Below are positions 1 through 13,300 of a stretch of DNA of 64,000 nucleotides, piece after piece (the stretch's first letter is position 1; each line of letters opens with the position of its first letter). The notes beneath the pieces are model-generated. The model did not search any database and was not told the origin of the DNA. It worked only from the letters and a program-made list of their open reading frames with translations. Source of the stretch: Antedon mediterranea (taxonomy: Eukaryota > Animalia > Echinodermata); assembly GCF_964355755.1 (NCBI RefSeq), contig NC_092677.1, positions 19,862,101 through 19,926,100 of the forward strand, in the 5' to 3' direction. A program made the position numbers and the translations under genes.

Positions 1-199
1 TCAATAAGCCTATTCCAAACCATTGGAGTCACTCAGGCAGGTTGAACGCATTTTTGGTTGCGCTAGCAACCACGCAGCACCACCTACCGTCCTGACGTCA
101 GCACCGTGATACTCTATAACCATGATACAAATGTATGAAAAGACCAAATAGACCTTTAATAAATTGGTTAAAATACATATATATAACACAGCCAAATTC

Positions 200-1000
200 G
201 ACCAGAGAGCCTTTGGTCACAACTTATCACCCTATAGGTTAAGCCTCCATTTCGGACTATTATTGAGAAAAATATGCCCATTCTACAGTCCACAGAACGT
301 CTCAGGACTTATTTTTCCGGAACCACCCATTATTGCATTTCGTAGACCTCCCAACCTTCAAGATATTATTAGTCAGATCCAAATTTGAGAGTGAAACTAG
401 ATTTGAACTCGTCACTTTGACGAATTCTGGTTATCTGCCGCGCAAACGCCACGTGCACGTCATACATTAGAATATTGCGCACAAAAAGAAAATAAAATGT
501 TATTGTACCCTCTATTTTGTGTCTAAGTATATACAGTACACACTATATACTGTATACATACTACATACAGTGCAGAATAGGTGGAAATACCGGAACCCTC
601 CTTTTATTTCAATTTTTAACATGATGACGTCATCATAATGAAACGCGTAGGTAGCAATTTGGAAAGAAATTATCTGAACAACATATTAATGTTTATTATT
701 ATTACATATTTGTTTATATCTCTACCAAGCTACCTTCTTTGTTTTCTACTCTTATTCAGTTCACCACCCTGTCTCTTTTGTTGTATTTCTTTTATTCCTG
801 TCAATCCAGGCAGCACTTGCCAGTTCTTATGATGACTTTATCCAAATTCCTTCACTTGCACTGATGAAGGGCTAGTGTTGCCCGAAAGCTCTGCTAACTT
901 TTCTGACTGTTCTACTTTATCGCTTTGATTTAGCCTTTCGCTTTTTTTTCCATCCATTGAGATCCAGCCACTGATACCCACAGAATTGTCATTTTTTCAG
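200..1000 (+). mobile_element. Penelope-like retroelement remnant (linker before GIY-YIG domain plus pLTR-like tail), interrupted by another repeat end at ~397-480
   Basis: ORF 164-388 contains IFPEPPIIAFRRPPNLQDII, typical of the PLE RT-to-GIY-YIG linker; hammerhead motif downstream at 856-897. Confidence 0.65.
856..897 (+). ncRNA. Minimal type I hammerhead ribozyme (Penelope-associated)
   Basis: GCA-CTGATGA-A-GGGC-tagtgtt-GCCC-GAAA-GC-TC-TGC: core CUGAUGA (861-867) and GAAA (884-887), 4-bp stem II, GCA/TGC stem I, palindromic AGCT in place of stem III; predicted cleavage after C891. Confidence 0.75.
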
Positions 1001-1279
1001 TAATTTGCCTTTGGATTTATATATAATACACTGTTATAATGGGTAAATTTTGAACTTTGACCCCTTAAATTTCAAAAACATTTCCTATCCTGATTGATTA
1101 CCTTTCATAATCTACGGAAAATTCTGGTCTAGAAAAGTTGGATGGCAATTTGTCCCCTTTCGGGTGGCCATTCCCCTCCTGCCACCGAACTAATAGGTTG
1201 CGGAACAATGTTATACAATATTTGTGATTTAAGAACTTAATCAAAAACAAACACAGAAGATCATATATAAGCAACTTAC

Positions 1280-1385
1280 ATAAATATTAGACTGTTCATC
1301 TGCATTAGTCATTACAAACAAAACATCATTTTCTTTTATAGCTTTTTGCAATTCTGAACTTCTTGCAGCTGTTTTGACAGGTGGC
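1280..1385 (-). CDS. TMX3: TMX3 exon 7 (PPVKTAARSSELQKAIKENDVLFVMTNADEQSNIY)
   Basis: 106 bp, TTTTAG acceptor, GTAAGT donor, in frame; start of the b-type domain. Confidence 0.85.
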
Positions 1386-4300
1386 CTAAAAGATACATTA
1401 AATATTAAATTTAAGAATAAACAAATGAAAAATTATTTCTTAGTATTTAAACAATCTCCTGTAAAAACAGCATAATAGTAATATGCTTGTGTGCAAATGT
1501 GATTGTAAAGTCAGGGTTGTGATTATACCTGGCAAACTACGGTACTTTAATAAAAGGGTTGTATAAACAAAGCAATGGACAATAAATTAACCAATTTATT
1601 TATTTTTCAACTGTTGCTCTGTGATCTGAATTTCTTTTTATGTTATAGGCACATTTATATTTTTACTAGGACGGATATGCATTTTTCTTTAAAAACAAGG
1701 TTTTCATCGCAGAAGTATAGGATAACCATTTATGCTGCCTTTGATGAAAAAAACGTCATGATCATGATGATGATGATACAAAATTTGAGAAACAGCTAAA
1801 TAATGGTATAAAAACCTGGTGATGCTCAATACAACTCAACATACATACCCATCAGCTCTTTTGGCAAATGTAACAATCTCATCAACAGTTCTTGGACCAC
1901 TAAATGTATGTTCTATCCCATTTCTAAAACTGTTACAAAATAAAATATCATAATAATTTACCATCTGATATACAATTAAATTACACTATATAGCACCTAA
2001 AATAGATTCTTGTCATTTGATTGGACGTTTGCGGGTAACATAATAAATATAAGTGCCCTATCAATACTCTCCACATACCACAGTGTATGCCAATTTTTAT
2101 CGACCTCCTTAACAATGGCGATATCTGGTTGCAATATCTTTCAACCTGAATCAAATGTAGTCAAGGCGACGTAGCTAGACCTATTTATTTATTTTATCTC
2201 AAAACAATAAAATACACAAACATATAAATAACAGCCAGAACATGAGACAGGGCACCCCGAAAATGAACTCATCAAAATTGATTTTAAAACAAATATACAA
2301 ATTAAAATATTAAATTAAATAATTAATGTTTTATATTCATTCTATGGTACAAATAATTTCAAGAGGTGAACAATATTTTAAAAGGTTATATTTTTATAAA
2401 CATTCATACAACTACTGTATTTATTTATTTATAATATCCTTTGCTAAGAATATTAGGCACGTCCTGTCTAGAATAACATTCTGTATAACAATTTTCCAAG
2501 AGTACGTGGAAAAGAGTACGTATATTGATATCCATTTTTAAATAAATTAAATCAATCATCACTGTTTGGTGTTAATTAAATTTATTTGTATTTATTATTA
2601 TTTATTTATACATTTATTATTATCGCAAAATCAAATTCCATGTGTGTTTCCATGTAGGCTTCCTTTCAAAAGGAGGGGCTTGGAAGGCCTATTATGAAAT
2701 GAAATTGTCCATAACTCATGTGTGTAGGCCGCAACTAGGGTACGACTGGTGGTGGTAAAAAACGTTTTGACCGTAGTACTGTATACAGTACTGGGAAGTA
2801 GATTGTAAATAAAAAACCTATCTACCGCAATAGAAATTAATAAGTCAAAATCGCTAGTCAAATAGTTTTTGGATGACCCCTGTCAAGTGTCAAAATTAAC
2901 AAAAGGCCAATTGTCATGCTATTCCATCATTTGCTGAATCCCAGTTTGCCTACTAGTTATGTAATGAATATGATTACATCCAAGTCGGCATACAAAAATC
3001 CTAGATGACTGTAATAAAACTTATGAAAAATCGTACTATAATCAATAAATTCTTTCACCTAATCTAGGTGTTTTTTTTATACACAAAAACTTGAAATTCA
3101 TGAGCCTAGCTAAGCCATTGATTGTGCTAGAAAACCCACCCAGATATATATCGATACCTAGGGCGACACATGCATCAAACTCATTCAATAAATCATTTCC
3201 AAAAATGTAAAATTCTACAAACTTGAAATAAAACTTACAATTTGATTGTGGGAAACCCTCTAACATTGAAATGATCCATTGCTCCTATACATGTATAAGA
3301 AACAAGAAGAGGTTATTATATTTTCAGTTGCATTTTTCAAGAAGAGGTTATTTCAGTTGCATTTTTCCTTTTCACACTGCTGCTTTAACCAGCTACATAC
3401 ATGAGGACTACTCATTCAGAAGCTATAATCAAGCAGCAGTTATAGTTCTAGAGGCCGACATTTTTGATAATTTGTAAACTAGGATGGGTCATGCTCAAAT
3501 TACAAACCTCAAAGCACGTCTGGGAGAAGAGAATGTAAACATTTCCTGATAATACAGTATTACATGTAGACGGTAATCTGTAAAATCTTGTTCAATAATA
3601 ATGACTTTGTTCTTGCTGTCAACCTAGGCAAGTATTATAATAATTAACTGTCAAATATTTAAAACATTATTTTGGCTGTCTAGGCTGGTATTTACAATGA
3701 GTACCATTTGACTGTCAATCTACACCGATATTATAATACTGTAATTCAGATAATCATTGAATTATTATCAATACAGTCCATATAATAGTAAAGTTTTTGT
3801 TTGTAATAGAATACAATTTGTTCACACTTGAAGCATCTAGGCTTGATGAAGTGACCTCCAAACTTGACCTTAGCAAACCGTCTGCTTTGGACGATTTTGT
3901 TTAATTTTTGTAGTGAATCCTACTTGGAACTAAATGCGACCAAAACCAAGGAGATGACGAATTAGTTGAGATTGTCAAGTCCTTCAAATATTTGGGGAAA
4001 ATTTTTTAGGTAAACCTAAACCTAGGAATTAAATATGGAAATCATAGTATTGAGAAAACTTAATCATTTTAATGTTGACAAAACTATTCCTAAAATTAAA
4101 AAAAATAATCTAATCAATTTCGGGTACACTTCAGGTCATTTTGAGCATTTCAAAATTTTCTAAATTTTGTGCGTTTTGCAGACGCACTTGTGCGCACAGC
4201 TCGTACAAAGCATAGAAAATGGTTTTTGCAATTGATTTTTGTTTTTCATACGTTCTGTAGTAGATTTCATTCATTTTGATGAACTTTAATTGAAAAATAA

Positions 4301-7300
4301 CGACGCACGTGCACGTTAAACTTTAATAATCCTGTGCTAAAGAATAGGTAATTTAATGCAAATTTGTGCAAAAATATACCTATTTTTAATCATTTAGAGT
4401 TGGATAGCCGAGTGGTTAGGACACTTGACTGTCGTACAGATAGACCCGGGTTCAATGCCCGACAACTCTCAGTTCACTCAGCTGTAAAATGAGTACCTGG
4501 TTGAAAATACTAGGGAGAAAAAAGGCGGCGTGGAAAGGAACTGGCCACCCTACCACATAATGCCGAGGCTTAGTACAATGAGCTCCTAACAGCTCATTCC
4601 CCTACGTTCAGAGAACACGGGACTCACCTTTACCCTTTACTAGTTAATCCCATTAATAGAGCGCTTCTCGCTAATGCGTTACCAATTTTCTCCTAGATTT
4701 TAATACATGTTCTTGCTAAATCAATTTTCTTTCACATGAGTTAAACAAATTTCAATTTTTATTACGTAATCATATAAAAAAATTAATTAAAGTAATAACG
4801 CGAGTTACTTAATTTCATCTATACAGTATATTTTAATCTGTTAGATCTCATCGGAATGAAGTGACCCACATGATTAACACTTATTATGGAAGTTGTTGAA
4901 TTGAAGATATGAATTTATATACAAATTCTGTCTATCATGACGTCGTCATATGGCCAGTTGAAATCAAAAAGTCAGACTTTCATCTCTTTTGTAAAAGTTC
5001 ATCAAGTTTAAAAGAGAGCGCATCTCACTTTTACGTGCCCAAATTTCTTCAAATTTTTATTAATGTATTATTTAGATAATTATCTTCTAAAATAGTTATA
5101 TTTATATGTCTATTCAATGACATCATCGTGTTAATTGGATTTAAAAGATTGGTCTTGTAATTTCATCTATGCTAATACAGTGTATTCTGTAAATACTGTA
5201 ATATAGAAACATAGGTACAATTCAGCACTGTAAACATATTTAATTCATGTCATAGGATAGCATAATAATAGACACGTTTCGCGCTCGCGACCAATCAGAA
5301 ATAGTGGGTATAGATTTGTAAACAAACCGAACACCTCTCGCCTAGTGCGTGTTGAAGCATAGCGAAATGGCGACTGCCGAGTGCTTTTGTTGCAAAATCA
5401 CTGAATAATATTCCTGTTTTTAATTTTCAAACACTTGCTGAGTGGTTTGCGTCGGCTACGAAGGATAGTGGCGCAAAATCTTGGAAATTTTTCAAGGAAA
5501 GGTACGTCCACGATGTGCTCGTGTCTCTCCGCCCGCCCGGTGGCGTTGCCTGATGCGGTACTTCGTCTACTAGGCCTAGGAGGCTTGGGTGTCTGTTTAA
5601 GCGCCGAAGAACATCACATAATACATGGAAGATGCAATAGGAGCATGAAGAAGAATGAAAGATAATAATTAATATATTTACGCAACATTTGTAAATAAAA
5701 TCAACAGTTAACATGTATTAAATGCACTGTAATATATATGTGTCAAACCAAAAATGACAATTATACATAAATAAAGTCGATGATTCCGAACCAAATGCCC
5801 AAATAATTCTACAGTGAATATTCAACATAAGTTTAGAAAATAAATAACATCCTTACCATGCCATTCCATCAAAAGGCTAGTTTTGACGATTGCTTTTTAA
5901 GATGATCATCTCTCAGTTCTCCCATGCTTTACCATTGTATACCCACTAAAAGGTCAAACTGACGGTGACCTCGAGAGCGCGAAACGTGTCTATTGTCGAC
6001 GTTCATATAGTTTAACGTACGTGTGCTTGTTGCATTTGGTGGATAACCCCTTGTTATAGTCAGGATTTTTTTTCTATTATAATTCTTCTTTCTTTCCATG
6101 AATTTTGTGTTGCGTGTATCTCTAATTCTTTTCAACATAACATAACTTTGTCAGAAGATTGACCTCTAACTGTAGATGTGCAGGAAACTTTGTTTTATGA
6201 CTTTAGAGTCACACAGCCAAAGTTACGCACGATTTTCGCGTATTTAACATAGATCGAAAAACATATAACAACTTGCTTTGAAACTTAGCAAAACTGTAAT
6301 TTATATCATGCGCTAACGAAGGAAATAGAAATGGTATGTTTTACAGAAAGTTACGCGTACACACACTTTAAAATGCGAGAAATCAATTTCTAATCAATGT
6401 TTCATGTCATTTTAAGCATGTAAAAATGTCCATGCATGCGCATTTGTACTCACATGGTGCGCAAAAAATATCTTTTTTCGCATGAATTATGTTTTTCCAG
6501 CCTTTTCTAGTCATTTTCAATTTCGATATAAAATCACATCATACGAGCACTTCAAATTGGACAATTCGCATGCGTTTCTGATGAAAAAGTTCAAAAAGTC
6601 ATCAAAATTATTTTACAAAGAAAAGTGATACTCATGATTAAAACGTTTTGTGAAAGCTGTTGAATTGTAGATACAATTCATGTACAAATTTTGCGCATCG
6701 GATGTTGTGACCTCATCATATGGCCAGTTGAATTATAAAAGTCGTATTTTTATATTTTGCATCATAGTTTAACACATTTTAAAGAGCGCGCATCCATATT
6801 CTACGTATCCACATTCTTCAACACGTCAATAAGTTATTTCTCAAATAATTCCGTACCAAAATTGTTATCTACATGTTTCATTTTGTTAAAAATTGGAATA
6901 AAAGGCGGGTTCCATTATCTTCAACTATTCTGCACTGCAGGTCACAATGGCATAATCTTTTTTCTGGTCACAGTATGACGTGCACATAGCGTATGACGTG
7001 CACGTGGCGTTTGTGTGGTGGATGACGAGTTTAAATCTAGTTATTATAAGATGTTGTAATCCATCTCCTTTTTGTTAATTGCCCTATGAGGGATAAATAC
7101 AAATATATACTGATACTGATATACTGTACTTTACCAAATTATTGTTTGTTTCTACGAACGACGCCGGCTGGATCATCTCCACACACAAGGTGCGCCGGCT
7201 GGATCATCTCCACACACAAGGTGCGCCGGCTGGATCATCTCCACACACAAGGTGCGAGGCGATGTTTTTTTGTTGCCGTTTAATACGGACATGGAATAAT

Positions 7301-10300
7301 TACTTACGGACACATTACATGATTTAATGGACAAGGATTTGTCAAGCAAGTACAGTATACTTTTAATAAAAAATTACCTAAGAAATGTCGTAAGCTTTTT
7401 ATTCAAATTTGAACATTATTTTAGAGATCAATCCTCCAAGGCTCCATGCTTAACTTCTCGATCGCTGAGGAATTTCAACGTTTTGAGCAAGGCGACGAAA
7501 GGCATGAAAATAAAGGGCACACAAAAATGTTGGGCATTACAGTATATGCCATTAAATAAATGACATGAACTGAATGCATGGAAGTGTACACCAAAATGCG
7601 TCAATGAGGCTTATCCTCATCACATGTTAAACAAGAAATATTTCTTACAAAAAACGCTGCTCGCTTATTGAAAAATATTTTTTATTTCAAATGTTTTTGA
7701 ATGTGTCATTTTATTGTCACATAATAGATAATTATTTTACCTGAAAAAAATGTAATTTAAAGCAACAAATACTTAAATTGTCGGTCAGACAATGGTTTTT
7801 GGGTTTCTTTTCATTTTTTATATGTGAATAAATATTACTTTTTTGTTACAGAAGTGAATACTCAATTTCTGTCACTTTAGTTAATTTTATTGCTAAGGTC
7901 AAATCTGGGGGTCACTTCATCACCCTAGATATTTCAATTGTGAAGTATCCTATTACAAACACAAACTTTAATGGACTGTTTCGATAATAATTCAATGAAT
8001 ATCTGACAGTGAATATACCACCAGAAATGCTTAGGGATTTGTAATTTTAGCATGACATGTCCTAATAGACTCTTTCCCAGCCGTTTTTTGGGTCTACTGT
8101 AGCAGCTGGAATCAATAAATCATAGTGGAGTTTCCATTTTCACAAAACTGTCTGTCCTTAGAACTATAACTGCTGCTTGCTTTAGCTTCTGATTGAGTAG
8201 TCCTAATGGGACGTAGCGGGCTAGAGCAGCAGCGTGAAAACTAGAGATTTAGAAAATACTTACCTTGAAGTACTGTACTGGATCTTTAACTGTAGTTGTA
8301 TTTTTAGGAATGTAGCTTTTTATGAAACAATGTAAACAGAAAATTTAAAATGTGTTTATAGCTCTAATAATAAAATAAATATACTGTACAATTGAACACT
8401 TACTAGAATTTTTGGTGCCATCTATTACAGCTACTTTTACATGTGAATTTGACATTGCAAATGTTTTACCAACTGTTGTCCAAGTGGGCTTCAACTGCTT
8501 ACAGTGCCCACACCAGGGTGCATAAAACTTGAATCAAACAAATACATTCATACAAATATATAATTCATATACCTTTTAAAAAAAATATATTATATTAAAA
8601 ATTGAGGGTGTAAGTTGCATCTATCACTACATCTGGCAAAATTGTCTTAAAGACCCCTTCCCTGCAATTTTGGACGTTTTTTGGAAAATAATACATATAT
8701 ATCACTTTAAAAACATTAAACCATGTCATTCCTTGTCTTAAATGTACGTTTTATGGTAAATTATGATAAAAAGTGAGAAACAATGCACTACCTAAGTAGC
8801 TCGCGGCGATCGACCTCTCGTGGACGGTCTCAGGCCTAGCCTAGCTAGGCTTAGTTTTGTAGGCCTAGCTGGTAAACATCGGTAACGTACGAACATCGTA
8901 CGCTAGCTATATACCTAGCCTGACGTTGTATAGTTGCTGCATTAATTGTCTTTCTATTTTTGCCAGACTCCGTTGATAAATATTGGGGAAAACCCGGTAT
9001 TTTCGCTGAAAAGTTAGGAGTCTTCCATTTGTTTTGGCTTCACGATCGATCGAAAAGTGGGCGAATTACAGGTGAAAAACAAAAATATCAATCCGCGCGC
9101 AATGCATTTTGGGATTTATAGCGGGCCGCTATAATTATTAAAATCGATTTATTTTTCACATTTTTAACCGTTTAAAGACGAAAAAAGTTATCGCAATAGG
9201 ACCATATAGTATTATTTTTACATTAAATATAGTTTGTGATCTTAAATTAGATCTAAAAAACGTAGGGAATGGGGCTTTAAACATGCTCTAATTTAGTAAA
9301 GAATTAATTTTATAAATGTTTAAATTGATAAATGTTAACATTCTTATGACCTGAAGTTTAGGAGCAGGTGTGAAGATGTAATTGTGTAGATCACATCATA
9401 CCTCCAAAATTTAAAGAAATGTTCATATTCAAGTTAAAAATTATGTCAAAATCTGTTCAGTTATTTTGACATCTGGCAAAAAGACAAACAGGTATACAAA
9501 TAAAGAAGATTTTATAACATCTTTGGCGGAGGTACAGTTAATATGATGACCTAGATGGAATTCTGCCCAATGCAACTACTCCAAGCTTGGTAACTATTTC
9601 ATCATATGTTCTTATAAATTACTTCATCCACCACCATTATACTCGAAAACTCAATATACAGTAAGCATGTGACTCATGAGCTCATAAACAGGAAACAGAA
9701 AAACAATAGTATTAGTATAGTAGTGTACTGTACACAATGATACAGTAATTCACGATACAGGAACTAAACAGTCAAAATGCATTGTCATTAAAAAATAATC
9801 TTTATCCAGGATGTTTTTGTGATCTGGTTTTGGGGTTATACAGATTTGTTGTGAATGTTCTGTACAGTATTTACAAAACAAATTTTGAGACACATGTTTT
9901 ACCTCCACAAAGAAGGTATATGTAGTCGATTGCGTTTGTCTGCCTGTTTGTTTGTTAGCAGGATTACTCAAAAAGTAATTACAAGATCTTTACCAAAATG
10001 AAAATACAGTTAGATATATGGGCAAGGACCATTCCATGAAATTTTGGGACCACGGTCCCAATTCTGGACCACTTTTTAGTTTTTAATTTTCAGATCTGCT
10101 AGTATTAAAAGATAGGACAGAATTTTTCAAAAGCCGGCGAGCGTCTTAAAGTAACAAGTAAACTAAAATTTGCATTTTCTCGAGAACAACTTGTTCAAAA
10201 AACTTCACTTCAGGCAAGAGTTATAATTTGTGATTTGGAATTTTAAAACATAATTTGATTTAATTTACAGGTTTTTTAATACGGATAGTTTTCAAAATCC

Positions 10301-13300
10301 TATTTGTTTTCAAATTCAACCATTTGTTTTCGGCATTGCTGTTCTATTTTTAGTCAACTGATACTATTGTTAGTTGAAAGGCTGGTTTCCATTACACCAA
10401 ATTCTTGTAGTGAAATTAGCCTAAATCACACACAGCATTAAGACACACACAAATATATATAATCCCGCCCCGGAGAAATCTTATGTAGGAGAATTTTACA
10501 GTAGGCGGAGGTATGCACTCTCGAAGTGGCTTTCTTGTTTTATAATGATATTGATCATCATCATCATCATCAGTTTTTTTTTTTTATTTTAACTAATGTA
10601 CAAGATAATCTCTATACCAACTACTGGTACAAATACTCACTGAAACAAGCCAACTTCCTTCTTTACTCAACTCAATAAATCTATGGTAAAAAAACAAATG
10701 CCATACATTTACTTATTTGATTAATATTATTGAATATATTTTGTTGCACAAAATAAATCATTCTACAAAAATGAATATATTCATGCAACTTAAATATAAA
10801 TTTATATCAAATTGCTATGCCAAAACAATTATACACCCCATTCCACAAATATCAAGCTGGAACTAAATATTTAACCACACTAATTAGCAATATGTCAATA
10901 CTTAAATTTAAACTTGCTTACTCATCGCCCAATCTGAGTACAGGATTAAAAGTTCCTTCACCACCTCCTAAGACAAGCATCGGTGCAAACAAACAAATAC
11001 CTGTGAATAAAGTAAACATATGATTAAAACTTATTATGGAAGCTGTTGAATTGTAGATATGAATTCATTACAAAAATGTTGTCTTCATTTTTTAAGAATG
11101 TGACACCGCCAGACATCCAGTGTATCTAATCCATCCACTTTAGACCAAAGATTTTATAGCGCTGCTACACGTCCATGGATTTATAGGGCGCGTAGCAATA
11201 TAAGATAGGAGCTTGACAACAGTTATCTATATGCCATTCCAAATTCAACATTGATAAAAAAAAATCCATGCTGTGTACGTCTAGTCGTAGGCTAGAGTAG
11301 CCTAGCTAAGCCCCTAACTAGGATATGCCCTATGTATAGGAGGGTAGGCCTAGGGTCTACTACTAGGCTTAATCTAGCCTAGCCTCTATGATCTGTAGTA
11401 GTAAGGTAGGGATAGGCCTCTAGACATTTACTGAATACATCCCAACATGGGTTCTTGAAAGGGAGATCTTGTCTGACAAATTTACTTATGTTTCTTGAGA
11501 AGGTGACATATGATATTGACCAGGGTTTATCAGTAGATGTAATCTATTTTGATTTTCAAAAGGCCTTCGATAAAGTTTCTCATGTAAGGTTGTTGAATAA
11601 AGTTTTGGCTCATGGTATTGAAGGTCCTTTTGGCATGTAGATACAAAATTGGCTTAGTGATAGATTTCAAAGTTGTTGTGAATGGTAGGAAATCTGAGTG
11701 GGCCCCTATTTATAGTGAGTGGTGTGCCTCAGGGTTGGGTCCTTGGATCGGTGCTGTTTCTTATTTTTACTTATGATATAGATTTTTCCATTGATTCTTC
11801 ATTGTTGAAATTTGCTGATGACATTAAACTGTTTTGACGTGTGCATTCCGAGGTTGATTCTGGAGTACTACAAAATGATATTGACAAGTTATCACTTTGG
11901 TGTCGTGAGTCCCTCCCTAATGAGCTTTAATATTAGTAAAGGCAATGTCATGCACCTAGGATTGAATAATGTGAATCATTCTTATGATGATGATGAAGCA
12001 ACAGAACAAAAAGACTTGGGAGTAATTATTGATAAATCTCTTAAGACTATAGTAAACAATGTGTAGCAGCAGCCAAACAAGCAAATCAAGTTTTAGGCAA
12101 GTCTATTAAAAGATCCATTAAATATAAATTAGTTGATATGATTAAATCGCTTTATATTGGATTAGTCAGGCCTCATCTTGAATTTGCAGTACAGGCATGG
12201 TCTCCTAAGGAAAGACATTCTTTTATTAGAAAAAGTTCAGAGGAGAGCAACTAGGCTACCACCTAGTTTGCATGGCATGCAAAGGCTATGTAGATAGGCT
12301 AAAAGTTTTTAATTTAACAACTTTAGAAGAAAGACGATATTAGAGGGGACATGATTCAAACATATATTATTTCTATAGATAGTTATTTACTCTCTCATAA
12401 GTCTGAATATACCGCCACTAGGGATCATAAACATAAACTGAAAAAGAATAATGCTCGATTAAATTGCCGAAGTCATTTTTTTACACAACGAGTCGTAAAT
12501 TCGGATTAGGCCAACTTCGGCCACAGACAATTTCGGCCACAGACAATATTACTACCATATCTATGGAACGCCCATAGTGCCATTGATAGGGGAACAATGA
12601 GACACGACAATGTAATACAGGATTATCAATTTCATTGTGTTTTACTTTTGTTTTTTGTTTTTACACAGGAAAACACGGACACAGACAAACGTGACAATTA
12701 ATTAATTAATAATGAAAATAAAATATGAACACGTATTTTGTAGCTAGGTGGCATGATGAGATAAGCAACAAAGAATTACGTAGATACCGATATTTCAGAG
12801 TACAAAAAATACAATACGGTTGAAATTAAAATGTATAGTTTTTACAAATAAAAGAAATGAATTGAATGAGGCCTAAGTGATACTAATTGTATGTACATTT
12901 TTCTATAAATATAAAACGAATTGAAGTACGTAGGGATATATACTAATTTTATTGTGTACAATAAATATAACTTTGAAGGAATAAGAAACGGAAGAACAAA
13001 GTGGTTAAGAATACGATTTATTTTATCGGAAGAAACAATTGAAGAAAGTATATAATTATTAAGAATTAATATGTTGTAAGATGTAAATGAAACACTGGTA
13101 AATAAATGTTAATAGAAATGCGTGCTTTGTTTTTGCGTGTAAAATTTTACCTAATAAAATGAACTTGAAATATTAGTAAAACCCCACTACCCAAGAGGAA
13201 TTATGCGAAGGCATTGAAGAATTTTTTTATAGATATGTTTCTGAACAGGCTCGGAATGAATTTCTGACTGTGTGCGTCATGAGAAGGTACGTGGAAAACC

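Larger units (their letters stand above)
3370..8240. mobile_element. Old foldback/TIR element filling TMX3 intron 4, with younger insertions inside
   Basis: 3370-3452 is a degenerate inverted copy of 8159-8240; 3480-3525 of 8020-8065; ~3745-3880 of ~7890-8005. Confidence 0.55.

Noticed and set aside
5360-5720. CpG-rich patch with AAATGGCG start and Cys residues, a possible nested gene
   Set aside because: No sustained frame or recognisable domain; it lies inside the old foldback element and is probably a decayed TE gene start
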